A DNA stretch of 39,856 bases from a virus (lineage: Duplodnaviria > Caudoviricetes): the IMG/VR virus record IMGVR_UViG_3300027132_000047, positions 1 through 39,856 of that record. One strand, given 5' to 3'. The position numbers and the translations under genes are program-made. A model generated the notes under the pieces. The model saw only the letters and a list, made by a program, of their open reading frames with translations. It made no database searches and was not told the origin of the DNA. Position 1 is the first letter of the stretch. Each line of letters begins with the position of its first letter. Shown here in pieces: positions 19,501-27,084 of the stretch.

Positions 19501-22500
19501 GTTCAGTAAGGCAAGCAATAAGATCCAACAGAAAGTTGGCAAGGTAGAACTACCTGATACTACAATAAAACAAATGACTGAAGATGATAAGGGCAACTAC
19601 TTGTTCTATCACTACAGCCCTAACAGCATAAAGGTTATTGACCCAAGCAAGTTTGGTAAAAACTTAGCTACAGGCAAGGACGAGCGTCCGGGTATTGGTA
19701 TCTCAATGTACTACACTAGACCTGACGTAAGAGAGCAGGGTGTACCCGGAGATTTCGGATATGTTGTACGTGTAAATAAAAACAAAGTATATCCTTTCAA
19801 TCAGGATCCGCTTAACTTGATCGAGCCTGCAAAGAGAATGTTTGAAAAACAATTCCCGGGGCAAGCGTTCGATACTAACAAACAAGTTGCTTGGGTTTCT
19901 AAAGCTGCGGCAGGTCGTGGATATCCTATGACTGTAGCAGAATGGAATATCAAAGGTAAGAAGTACTTGAGGGCTCAAACAACAGAGGCGTTGAAGCCAG
20001 AGGTTTATAGTAAAATAAAACCGGGCACAATTAATCAAGTAGAAATAAACCCTAGCCTAGAGAAGTTTAAACCTAACGCTAAGAAGCGTGGACAAACAAA
20101 GGCGTCTGGATTATCTCTAGAGGATCTTAAAGATTTCAACAACTTACCTAATGTAGAATGGGCTGTTAATACAAAGTACTTGCCGCTATCTGAATTTGGA
20201 ATTGAAAATCTAGATAAAGAGAATGTAAAGACTCTTGCAACTAAACTTGCTGAGGTAGAGGGTCCATACCAACCTATATTAAAAGCTATTGCTAAAACAC
20301 CTAACGCCGATAAGGTTAAGATGTATACGCTAGATCGTAAAAACAATACGCTTGGTGAGGTTGCTGGATTATACTCTCGTCCTAGGACTATGTTTGACAA
20401 GCCAGTTATTGGTATCACTACAGATAACTACATCAATCAGTACGCCGCTACGGTGCACGAGATGTTACACTGGGTTACTGTTGATAGTGTAAATAAATAT
20501 AAAGGCACTAAAGAGTATAAAGCTTTACAAGACATATACGATTACTTAAAAGCTACGCACCCAGAAATTAAGGGCACTAAAGCAGCTGGTGATTACTATG
20601 GACTACAGAACTTTAAAGAGTTTATGGCTGAGCTATTAGTCAACAAAAACTTTAGAGACAAGATATCTGGCGTAATGGCTAAAGATAAAGAAGAGTTTAA
20701 AGATAAGGTATACAAATACAATCAAACATTATCTAACGATATCATTACAACATTAGTAAACTATGTTCAAAAAGTTATTAAAGACTTGTTGGATAAGTGG
20801 GGTCAGGGTATTGACTTTAATAAGTCAATGCTTGATAACGCTACCGATCTAGCGACTAAAGCGTTCTTCAAAACACAGAACTCTGGTCAGTTATCTGTAG
20901 GTGGACCGAATATAGATGGCGATACTAGAAAGAGTATTGCTAACATGTTAGGTGTACTTAGCGACGCAGAAATCTCTAATGTACTTCAAGAAGAGAAGGG
21001 TCTTAGTGAGGTAGAAGCTATCAGATTAATTGAAGATGTTAAGTTTGATCCAGCATTGAATCCTACAATGGAAGATATAGTTGGTGAAACTGAAGAAGGC
21101 GAGAGAGCTCGGGGGCTTGCTAAAACTTTCCCTGCAAGAAACATAGATACAGTTGTTAAGATTAACGAAGAGGCTAAGAAGTATTTCCAAATATCTAATA
21201 AGCAGACAGCTGAAGAAGCTAGAGCATACACTGAAGGCAAGAACCCTGAAGATGTTTTAGATTACCTATTAACTCAACCTACAGATATACCTCCTAGAGT
21301 TAGGGTATGGATGTCTGGTGCTGCTATGGATAACATAGACATAGAGATTAATAAGGCACAGTTGGCCGGTGATACTGAAAGAGCTGCTAGACTATCAGAG
21401 AAGCAGGCACAGTTGATTAATCAGATTGCGCCGCTTGGTACTGAGCTTGGTCAGGCTATACAAGCGTTCAGAAGATTCTATGAGAACGCTAAAGGGTCTC
21501 CTTCTATGCTTGAATACTTTACTAAAAATATTTTAACTAAGGTAGAAAAAGAAAAGGGTTCTCCTTTAACAGAAAAGCAAAGAGAGGATATAGTAAAACT
21601 AGCTAAAGATTTACAACAAGCTAAGGAAGGCTTACCTAAAGACGAAGCTACATACGCTTTAGCTAACTATGTAGGAACCATAACTCCTGTTAGACCTACA
21701 GATATATTAGAAGCTATCTGGTACGCTCACATCCTGAGTGGTATCACTACTCAGTCTACCAACTTCTTCGCCAACTTATGGAATACATTTGCTGAAGGAA
21801 GCGTTACTGGTATCAGAGAGTCAATTAAAGCTAAGAGCCCAGCTCCATTCTTATATGCCATGAAAGGATTTTTAAACGGCGTAAGAGTTGGATTCATTGA
21901 GGGTGCTGATATTTTAAAGACAGGACTTGCAGCTCAAGATGCTGACAAGTATAAAGAAAATAATCTATTAGAATACTTCTCTTGGACCCAAACAAAGCTA
22001 GGTAAACTACTTGGCGGTAAGGTTGGTAAGGCAATGGATTATGCTGGTGGTTTATCACCTAAGGCTTTGAAGTATGTAGGGCGTGCACTAGCGGCTACAG
22101 ATGCTGCCTTCTCTAGATCTAACACAGAAGCTATGGCCAGAATGATGGCGTATAATATAGCTAAGGAGGAAGGCAAGACAAACCCTGACATGAAGATTAG
22201 AAAGCGTGTTGATGAGATCCTTAATAACACACCCGAGAATGTTGCTGCAGCTAAAGAGCAGGCCACCAAAGAAGGGTATGTTGATGGTAGCAGAAGATAT
22301 AAGCGCCGTGTTTATGAAATCATGGAGCAGGGTAGAGATAAGAATCTTACAAATCAGGCAGAGGATTATGGTACTAGGGTTACTTTAAACTACGAACCAG
22401 AAGGTTTTACAAGACCTTTATACAAGCTAGCTCTTGCAATGCAAAAGTCTACTAAGGTTACAAAGATGTTTATTCCTTTTACTCGTATCATTATTAACTT

Positions 22501-23557
22501 AACTGAGAACTCTTTAAACTATGCAGGCGCTGGTTATTGGAAAGCAATTACCGGGTCAACATCATCAGAGTCTGGAAGAAGAAAATTAACACCAGATGAG
22601 AGAGCTGACTTCGCCATCAAAGCTAGTATTGGGGTAGGTACTTATATCCTTCTATCAGGATTAACTGGAGACGATGAGGATGATCTATTTGAAATAACAG
22701 GTAATGGTACGGGAGATATTCAAAAGAACTTTGAATTAATGAAGAGTGGATGGAGACCTTATTCTATTAAGCTTAAGGATGGTAGATATATATCTTACAA
22801 AGATTGGCCAATCATGCCAGTGTTAGCTTCTATTGGAGCTCAGCATGATGCAGCTAAGTATGTAGATTCTAAGGAACCAACACCACAATCTAAGATTGCA
22901 ATGGCAGGATTTGTTAACTCTTTATGGGACAAGTCTGTAATGAAAGGTCTTCAAGACATGTTAGAAATTATAAGCCCTAAGCAGGAGTATAACCAATCAT
23001 CTAACATTGGCGATAGATTAATCAGTTGGGGATCCGATCAAGCTAAATCTGTAGGCATATCTAACTTTACTCAGCAGACAATTAAAATGATAAATGAGTA
23101 CGGGGATAATCCTATCAAGGCGGCGAAGGGTGTTGAAAGATTATACCGTGATATTCCTTACCTAAATGACGGATTAAATCCTATCTTAGATGTGTTTGGC
23201 GAACCTGTTACACCTAAGACTTCTGAGAAGTTGTTGCCTGTAACAGTAGGGGTGCCAAGTAAGGATGAGATATTGAGTGTGTTTAACGAGAACGGAGTAT
23301 TCATAGGTAAGCCTCAAGAGAGAACCATACTACTTGACGATGGATCAAGTAGACCAATGACGGATCAAGAGTACTATGAATTCACAAAGCTTTCTGGTAA
23401 AATAACTAAGAGGTTAATACAGGAAGAGTGGGCAGATGCTGCTGAGATATTAGCTATCAAAGATAAAAAGGAAAGAAGAAAGACTCTAGCCAAGTGGTCA
23501 GGTAATATTGTGTCAGGTGCAAGAGCAGAAGCAATGGGAGAATTATTCTACAAATAA
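13583..23557 (+). CDS. Giant polyvalent virion/ejection protein (GNAT-like, two zincin HExxH motifs, ART-like domains, LPD38-like C-terminus)
   Basis: HEGSH at 17210 and HEMLH at 20456. FKNWFGDW...EPKVVYHG...GYDG...NQIKSAT at 18860-19525. FIPFTR...GWRPYSIK near the C-terminus. Confidence 0.8.
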   Translation: MDIKQTLLNFHETLKSNPELSDDELLNKFPELNKDSLSAAFDYSATLDSGKYKSEVEFEDKFPEFFPVKKKELDGQTLPEVTVKSTSKSQSQLGQPAQTPTSVSNSSLSVSQPSLATEVDYSPLSTEDLSNKYKELKTLADQYKSNIDKFKAEGDSGKIRLSGTANEYNKIIGELNYVADMYKIKAKDASLPKFDVIPPTGEPIVKDERQKASDILRVNLAALKEKSYLEAGDPNAKNKAIFEVNKSYNAINQSPDYSTALQNLGNLKQQVFNVTAADPESRDLLMQNLGEDAKGISTFLLKDRKAIENWQAQGLNPAQGVALDYIKVFQPEKYKAFQERATAAATGEMAGVGKQITNFELENTGIGILKTGLTERYNALQESIVKANRGELTAEEAKKVKSDSENISKWLDYVDKLEQDQYTKYPEAISLEIDRTLQDINKPTLGQGTKAALNLANSISGTFQDGVNAVYAGLFLNDQERINNDLEILAKSNTENTLNYTTQNQSLINRPFLTTVSDDVKKKIDEIDNSSISDEEKYKQKFQILKQARKDGNIYTVVNPNKSKVNWTGEAILNTVTSVAPQVIGAMVLSGATGGYGAATKLGQLSNLFAVTAMQSYGQRFNQAKEEGSENPYFDAGVGALGDASTELFGNNIAQIKRVFGSGNAGKLLEKLSDGDWKKLMANKTGAFRNFGKVLLEQGKDVVTESGEEGLAQALDNLRQGKPIGEGMKETILSTSIGFLPLKIIGLPMAFKSANMVDKFNLYSAGFNKNTTIAGIDNQLKAGDINKEEADRRKGIVNQVNGIINSMPMFDVNGKPLSDDNKAKYVFNQYIKQNSKDTEGLPSSVVNNINQTAQQADAENGAILEGQSEVTIKSSKDAISKSAGQVEPTIGDIGQPQGVVQGQQEVGQGEGEQGQAAQPGANVSDSNISGEGQVAKPSDFGVSTIAKGFAELMDKAKKSLGINGISVDVYNQEDYDKIEKEGGKFIKSADGTAVGVLKPNGEIVSIVKSADSKQKNVAPAMIEKMKQLGGLFMDNFDIYLTKQYEKAGYKVVARLPFNEEFAPEGWDAEGSPLKNKPDVVFMAREDLAPDEVKVFDKNDYDGAKAYTEGLVKGATLPLQTISIDANNQADLGEVTVKKTIHKKVISDVNRAAQALAKVGIKFNVYQNAEEFTKATGQEKSTQGVFNDDNGTISINLSEINNSGDWNIAWHEGSHPVMNIIRNTNRPLYDKMAQGIADLAKKNPSIKAVAQWAGENYEGKETQVDESMVETIALIADNKIDLDAIPQGLRQDIIDFVNKVASYLGLDPILSDTSAKAFVEKAKEISNALKTGQDISEVVGAENVREYQNNLDTPEIVVAGEMNKTPQAKISDTPAIDVYESKETEKLPVKSIEDVYKKFDGKAVAINSDPTRVGELTLPSGKKIFMYGGPAYLSLKDNVDAGVGFATTQPSKVKTWSTYLKSVFGDKDGVTLVTTQAPTSMMANSYSLRYVLDAISTLPKSILKSKEFKDEFFGKDLVLLKDAFGEKGYNDFVNKYKKADLSDSKVIDGMISEMAYKVGDDNKPASFKARGAFVGNLLGGVALKADIKGVEGDKGYVSKKPTKFIAKQLFDRLGLNQEKLFYEIGEKSLVDLYMNEGKWGMAVAGFETKAGASIDPAGGVKHPLFNAKFPGSDAFLLDGAYEIDKLFAPQDIISSGGNPYTKSAAQMLAGSMYVMGDKTKGEKSFEYKPSPISGTKIQQKKSAVVLAEMESIVKTAKENGTYLKAPNGKATKLTPDQWAEVRTNNFKNWFGDWEKDPKNASKVVDANGEPKVVYHGSGQVFDEYSLDYGGTNTGAKNGTLGFFFTDNKKVADSFGGNMYNVFLNMKNPIEAGYFSYDADGRIDKINTVDGYESVKNAILKTSSKNNWTDIDNTDIDKWRNKITGLGYDGVIIDTQVDSKEIVVLGKGQGYAKPHLMHIAFEPNQIKSATDNTGEFSKASNKIQQKVGKVELPDTTIKQMTEDDKGNYLFYHYSPNSIKVIDPSKFGKNLATGKDERPGIGISMYYTRPDVREQGVPGDFGYVVRVNKNKVYPFNQDPLNLIEPAKRMFEKQFPGQAFDTNKQVAWVSKAAAGRGYPMTVAEWNIKGKKYLRAQTTEALKPEVYSKIKPGTINQVEINPSLEKFKPNAKKRGQTKASGLSLEDLKDFNNLPNVEWAVNTKYLPLSEFGIENLDKENVKTLATKLAEVEGPYQPILKAIAKTPNADKVKMYTLDRKNNTLGEVAGLYSRPRTMFDKPVIGITTDNYINQYAATVHEMLHWVTVDSVNKYKGTKEYKALQDIYDYLKATHPEIKGTKAAGDYYGLQNFKEFMAELLVNKNFRDKISGVMAKDKEEFKDKVYKYNQTLSNDIITTLVNYVQKVIKDLLDKWGQGIDFNKSMLDNATDLATKAFFKTQNSGQLSVGGPNIDGDTRKSIANMLGVLSDAEISNVLQEEKGLSEVEAIRLIEDVKFDPALNPTMEDIVGETEEGERARGLAKTFPARNIDTVVKINEEAKKYFQISNKQTAEEARAYTEGKNPEDVLDYLLTQPTDIPPRVRVWMSGAAMDNIDIEINKAQLAGDTERAARLSEKQAQLINQIAPLGTELGQAIQAFRRFYENAKGSPSMLEYFTKNILTKVEKEKGSPLTEKQREDIVKLAKDLQQAKEGLPKDEATYALANYVGTITPVRPTDILEAIWYAHILSGITTQSTNFFANLWNTFAEGSVTGIRESIKAKSPAPFLYAMKGFLNGVRVGFIEGADILKTGLAAQDADKYKENNLLEYFSWTQTKLGKLLGGKVGKAMDYAGGLSPKALKYVGRALAATDAAFSRSNTEAMARMMAYNIAKEEGKTNPDMKIRKRVDEILNNTPENVAAAKEQATKEGYVDGSRRYKRRVYEIMEQGRDKNLTNQAEDYGTRVTLNYEPEGFTRPLYKLALAMQKSTKVTKMFIPFTRIIINLTENSLNYAGAGYWKAITGSTSSESGRRKLTPDERADFAIKASIGVGTYILLSGLTGDDEDDLFEITGNGTGDIQKNFELMKSGWRPYSIKLKDGRYISYKDWPIMPVLASIGAQHDAAKYVDSKEPTPQSKIAMAGFVNSLWDKSVMKGLQDMLEIISPKQEYNQSSNIGDRLISWGSDQAKSVGISNFTQQTIKMINEYGDNPIKAAKGVERLYRDIPYLNDGLNPILDVFGEPVTPKTSEKLLPVTVGVPSKDEILSVFNENGVFIGKPQERTILLDDGSSRPMTDQEYYEFTKLSGKITKRLIQEEWADAAEILAIKDKKERRKTLAKWSGNIVSGARAEAMGELFYK
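16212..16385 (+). CDS. Overprinted 57-aa basic protein in the +1 frame of the giant gene
   Basis: Hand translation gives MPLVKAQGKSSLQSAISANLRELYKDNKKSGKEKGNKGKPRSREQMLAIAISAAKGK*. The start context is A-rich, and the sequence resembles MPLxKG..IS.N..EL...QA.AIA phage proteins. Confidence 0.7.
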   Translation: MPLVKAQGKSSLQSAISANLRELYKDNKKSGKEKGNKGKPRSREQMLAIAISAAKGK

Positions 23558-23563
23558 ACAAGT

Positions 23564-24070
23564 ATGAAAGATCAAGCAACATTAGACAGGATTAAACTCC
23601 TGCACCCAAAGTTAAGAGAAGAGGCAGGTAAAATTTACGAAGAGATATGTAATGCCTTATCAGGTAAGGCTGCATGTAGATTTGCCTTTACGTTAAGAAC
23701 AATAGCAGAGCAGGATGCCCTGTACGCTCAAGGTAGAACAAAGCCCGGAGCTGTAGTTACTAAGGCTAAAGGTGGTCAGTCGTACCACAACTATGGTTTA
23801 GCTATTGACATTGTGCTACTAATCGATAAAGATGGTAATGGCACATATGAGACAGCTAGCTGGGATACCAAAGGTGACTACGATGGTGATGGCAAATCTG
23901 ATTGGATTGAGATCGCCGAAATATTTAAGCAGTATGGATGGGAATGGGGTGGCAACTGGAAGTTTTTAGATATGCCACACTTCCAAAAGACATTCGGCAA
24001 GTCTGTTAGAGAGCTACTTGAATTGTACAATGCAAAGAAAGTAGATGCTAATAACTACGTACTAATCTAA
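23564..24070 (+). CDS. Endolysin, peptidase M15 family (L-Ala-D-Glu peptidase-like)
   Basis: R...EQ..LYAQGR, SYHNYGLAID, WEWGGNW and DMPHFQ motifs. Confidence 0.9.
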   Translation: MKDQATLDRIKLLHPKLREEAGKIYEEICNALSGKAACRFAFTLRTIAEQDALYAQGRTKPGAVVTKAKGGQSYHNYGLAIDIVLLIDKDGNGTYETASWDTKGDYDGDGKSDWIEIAEIFKQYGWEWGGNWKFLDMPHFQKTFGKSVRELLELYNAKKVDANNYVLI

Positions 24071-24118
24071 TAAAACAGCCAGATAAGATAGCTGAGAAAA
24101 CATCTAAATATAGATAAT

Positions 24119-24150
24119 AAAAAAACCCCCGATCTGGGGGCTTTTTATTT
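24119..24150. terminator. Bidirectional intrinsic terminator
   Basis: A7-CCCCC-GATCT-GGGGG-CTTTTT between the convergent arms. Confidence 0.8.
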
Positions 24151-24196
24151 TACTCGGTTTGGGGTTCAGCGTTTAGTCTATATATATTATCAATAA

Positions 24197-24523
24197 CTAT
24201 GCCAGAATTGACTTTGCAAAGTCTTCTACCTGCTGCCTTTTTTCTGGCGTCATATAGCTCATAAGCCTAGCAACCTCATCATAAACAAGAGGATCGCTAA
24301 AGGCAACATCTCTATCCTTAACCTTATCCCTAGGGACCTTTAATCCAAGGGATTGCTTTAGCCATTTCACCTTTACATGCACTGGCCTTATGCACTCTTC
24401 CTTTATCCCCTTGAACAGGTCGCCGTCACTAAGCAGGGCCTCACAATATTCATTTGCGTTGACGACGTTAGCGTATAAAAGATTTAGTAACTCTGTTTGG
24501 GTTTCAGTTAACTTAATTGCCAT
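24197..24523 (-). CDS. Hypothetical protein
   Basis: 108-aa ORF coupled to its neighbours. Confidence 0.7.
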   Translation of the reverse strand: MAIKLTETQTELLNLLYANVVNANEYCEALLSDGDLFKGIKEECIRPVHVKVKWLKQSLGLKVPRDKVKDRDVAFSDPLVYDEVARLMSYMTPEKRQQVEDFAKSILA

Positions 24524-24776
24524 TGATAATTTGTTCTAGTTTGGTTAGGGTTTGACCGAGGACTATACCGATCTTAAGTTGATCGCCTTCTTCGACAGCT
24601 CGGGAGAGAGCTATGTATATATCCTTTAATGGACCTGTGTATTGGTTCTTTTGAAACGTACCATCTAAAATTTTAAGCAATGTTGATCCTGCCGTACTAA
24701 TAGGCGGCCCAACCTGCTCTCCATTCTCTGTAAAGCGGAATGTTAGAGGGTCGCTAAGTTTTATTTCTATTGGCAT
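24513..24776 (-). CDS. Hypothetical protein
   Basis: 87-aa coupled ORF. Confidence 0.7.
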   Translation of the reverse strand: MPIEIKLSDPLTFRFTENGEQVGPPISTAGSTLLKILDGTFQKNQYTGPLKDIYIALSRAVEEGDQLKIGIVLGQTLTKLEQIINGN

Positions 24777-25351
24777 TATATTTTATTTAATAGTACTTCA
24801 ACTGTTTGCTTTAGCGCCACCAAGTCCGATACGTTGGCGATCTTGTGATCAAAGTCCCAGTGATCTAATGCGGTTTCTGATGGGTGAGCGTTGACTGGTT
24901 CAACTCCGGGGCGATCTATTCTGATGATAATACCACCACGATCTTTGATAGCTTCAGCTTCGTTAGGGAAGCGGCAGTCTGTAATGATCCAGTTTGATGG
25001 ATTATACTGATCCATTTTAGCTGGCTTATAATCCGCCATAAGAGCATTTACCCATGCGTTGTTGTGCAACCCATTCCTTATAGCATCAGTGCCTAGGATC
25101 TGCAGGAAATCCCTTACGGTTGTTTGATGGTAGAAGTCTCCATAGTTCTTCCACCACTCCTCGCCTAGTATTGAGGATTTAAAATCTTGATTTTCGAACC
25201 AATTAGGATGAAACCCTGTAAGTATAGAGGCAATCTGTTTTAACTTCCCAGAGAACTTTTTTACTTCCCACTTGTTGGGTTGTGCATCCTGTATAATTTC
25301 AGCTACCGTATCCTTCCCGGATTTAGCGTAGCCTGATAAGCCTATAATCAT
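24776..25351 (-). CDS. Deoxynucleoside monophosphate kinase
   Basis: IIGLSGYAKSGKDT P-loop, R..LQ.LGT, DCRFPNE and HPSE. Confidence 0.9.
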   Translation of the reverse strand: MIIGLSGYAKSGKDTVAEIIQDAQPNKWEVKKFSGKLKQIASILTGFHPNWFENQDFKSSILGEEWWKNYGDFYHQTTVRDFLQILGTDAIRNGLHNNAWVNALMADYKPAKMDQYNPSNWIITDCRFPNEAEAIKDRGGIIIRIDRPGVEPVNAHPSETALDHWDFDHKIANVSDLVALKQTVEVLLNKI

Positions 25352-25716
25352 TTGATACGTTTTAATTGTTCTTGTAATACTTCATCTATAGTTAACCAGC
25401 TTTCAGGTAATCCCCCGAGCTGCTTGTCATCTATGTAGATGTCAGCAAATATTTTTCTAGAGTCGCTATCGTACTGTACAATGTTATCTGGATGGTTCTC
25501 ATTAATGTGATGGAACTTTACGCCCAACGATCTGAGGTAATCTGCAGCCATTGTTTCATGCTCACCAGACCTACAGGTCCAGATAATAATAGTGTGCCCC
25601 TGATTGTACAGGTTATTGATAACTTCTCTTGCGTGTGGTTTAATTGTGCCGATGTTTGGGTAGTCGGCGTAGACGATAGTGTCGTCATAGTCAAAACTAA
25701 TTATTTTCCCGGCCAT
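25348..25716 (-). CDS. HAD-superfamily hydrolase/phosphatase
   Basis: DYDDT motif I (variant of DxDGT), WTCR, and K..ADIYIDDK. Confidence 0.85.
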   Translation of the reverse strand: MAGKIISFDYDDTIVYADYPNIGTIKPHAREVINNLYNQGHTIIIWTCRSGEHETMAADYLRSLGVKFHHINENHPDNIVQYDSDSRKIFADIYIDDKQLGGLPESWLTIDEVLQEQLKRIK

Positions 25717-26015
25717 GCGAATGTAGTTTTAGTTTCTTTAATTTCAAATGGGGTGAATTCAAGTTGTGTAAGAAGAATAAATAACTCTTCCGCCTCATCA
25801 TAGTCAAGGCTTATTTTTGTACCCCTTTCAAATTCAATTTCTAAACCACTACCATCGTCTGTAATATCAACAGTTACTTTACCTCTAGCGTCTTTGGTCC
25901 ACTGTGTACTTGTGGTCCGTACTAGCTTAGTAAAATTTTTATTCTTTTTTTTCTCAGTCTCAATATTGAAGTCGTGAGAAAAACCTTCTCCAAAATTTAG
26001 GTGTACTTGTTTCAT
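25701..26015 (-). CDS. Hypothetical protein
   Basis: 104-aa coupled ORF. Confidence 0.7.
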   Translation of the reverse strand: MKQVHLNFGEGFSHDFNIETEKKKNKNFTKLVRTTSTQWTKDARGKVTVDITDDGSGLEIEFERGTKISLDYDEAEELFILLTQLEFTPFEIKETKTTFAWPGK

Positions 26016-26026
26016 AGGGTAAGATT

Positions 26027-26051
26027 AAAAAGGGGGATGGTTAGTCCCCCT
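26027..26051 (-). terminator. Intrinsic terminator
   Basis: GGGGGA-loop-TCCCCC followed by T5 on the minus strand, just after the stop of 26057..26287. Confidence 0.7.
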
Positions 26052-26056
26052 GTTAA

Positions 26057-26287
26057 TTAAAATGGTAGGTTCTCTGCAGGAGCGCCAGCAGGTTTCCAAT
26101 TGTCAACTTGTAAATAAGGCTTACCTTCTTTAGTTGTTTTAAGGGTGAGATTAACCCATCCTCTTTCACTTAGGTTTTCTGTTAACACTTGTAAGTTCTC
26201 AGCAGTTAAACCAATCTTGGTTTCTAAATCGCCGAACTTGTTTTCTTTGGTTTCAACACGACCTACGTAGATTTTCTCGTTACTCAT
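26057..26287 (-). CDS. Small SSB-like protein
   Basis: Beta-rich, with an SSB-type C-terminal tail (ENLPF). Confidence 0.55.
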   Translation of the reverse strand: MSNEKIYVGRVETKENKFGDLETKIGLTAENLQVLTENLSERGWVNLTLKTTKEGKPYLQVDNWKPAGAPAENLPF

Positions 26288-26430
26288 TTGGAGTTTATTT
26301 TTATTGTTATTGAAAATGTGTGTTTGAATATTCCGATAGCAATTACTATGCTTTTATTATCAGGCAAGTAGCACAGTGCAATGCCAAGCACGTACTCGGA
26401 ACCGTGCTCTTTATCTAATTCTATTTTCAT
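26284..26430 (-). CDS. 48-aa protein absent from the ORF track
   Basis: MKIELDKEHG...IKINSK*, with ATGA overlaps at both ends. Confidence 0.65.
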   Translation of the reverse strand: MKIELDKEHGSEYVLGIALCYLPDNKSIVIAIGIFKHTFSITIKINSK

Positions 26431-26771
26431 AGGACCTGATTTGATTTTAACATTTGAATTATTTCCTTAAAGTCTTCTAGTGTCATGGCGACAATCGTGC
26501 CTTGCCTATTTCTTTTATGGAAAATTAAATTGTAATTTTGATCTTTAGGCATACTTATTAACACCTTGTGTATACTTCCTAAGTTTTCAACAGCCTTGCA
26601 TTGAACATTGAACGGGTCTGTAAAGCATAGATCTATGCCTTGATCGTCTTTGTTCTTTGACTCAGATCGGGAGCTTACTGCTTTATCCCATCCAAGATCC
26701 TTAAAAAAGTCTCTGATCTGGAGTTCGTACGTATGCCCCTTCTGTCTCGCTGATTTTCCTCTCGTTGCCAT
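26427..26771 (-). CDS. Holliday junction resolvase-like PD-(D/E)xK nuclease
   Basis: S.RQKG..YE...ID...VQCK. The start is likely MATRGK at 26771. Confidence 0.75.
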   Translation of the reverse strand: MATRGKSARQKGHTYELQIRDFFKDLGWDKAVSSRSESKNKDDQGIDLCFTDPFNVQCKAVENLGSIHKVLISMPKDQNYNLIFHKRNRQGTIVAMTLEDFKEIIQMLKSNQVL

Positions 26772-27084
26772 ATCTGGTGTATAATTTTTTTGTTTGTATA
26801 AATTCAAGTATGCTATCCCACTCAACTAAGGGATGGAATTTAGTCTCTAAAAAGAAGTTAGATCTTAGTGGGTCCTTCATGTAAAATGTTTTGTCTGGCG
26901 ATACTTCATCTTCTAAAGTAAGCCTAACTAAATCTAATCCCTTACAATCAACGACCCATTCTCTTACCTTGCCCCCATTGTTAGTAGCCTTCCATAGTGG
27001 CTTACAAAGAACCTGCTTTGATAAGTCTTCCGTAATCTCCTTGGGAGAGCGGCTGTCCTTTGAACTTCGTTTTGTCGCTGCCAT
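26701..27084 (-). CDS. Hypothetical protein overlapping both neighbours
   Basis: Fills the gap between the helicase and resolvase genes. A-rich start context. Confidence 0.55.
   Translation of the reverse strand: MAATKRSSKDSRSPKEITEDLSKQVLCKPLWKATNNGGKVREWVVDCKGLDLVRLTLEDEVSPDKTFYMKDPLRSNFFLETKFHPLVEWDSILEFIQTKKLYTRYGNERKISETEGAYVRTPDQRLF

Noticed and set aside
14554-22388. Antisense and alternative-frame ORFs within the giant gene, including 22206..22388
   Set aside because: Typical shadow ORFs with no initiation context or recognisable motifs, unlike 16212..16385.
13583-23557. crAss-type virion RNA polymerase
   Set aside because: No DFDID/DxDGD catalytic motif was seen. The motifs fit a polyvalent protein instead.
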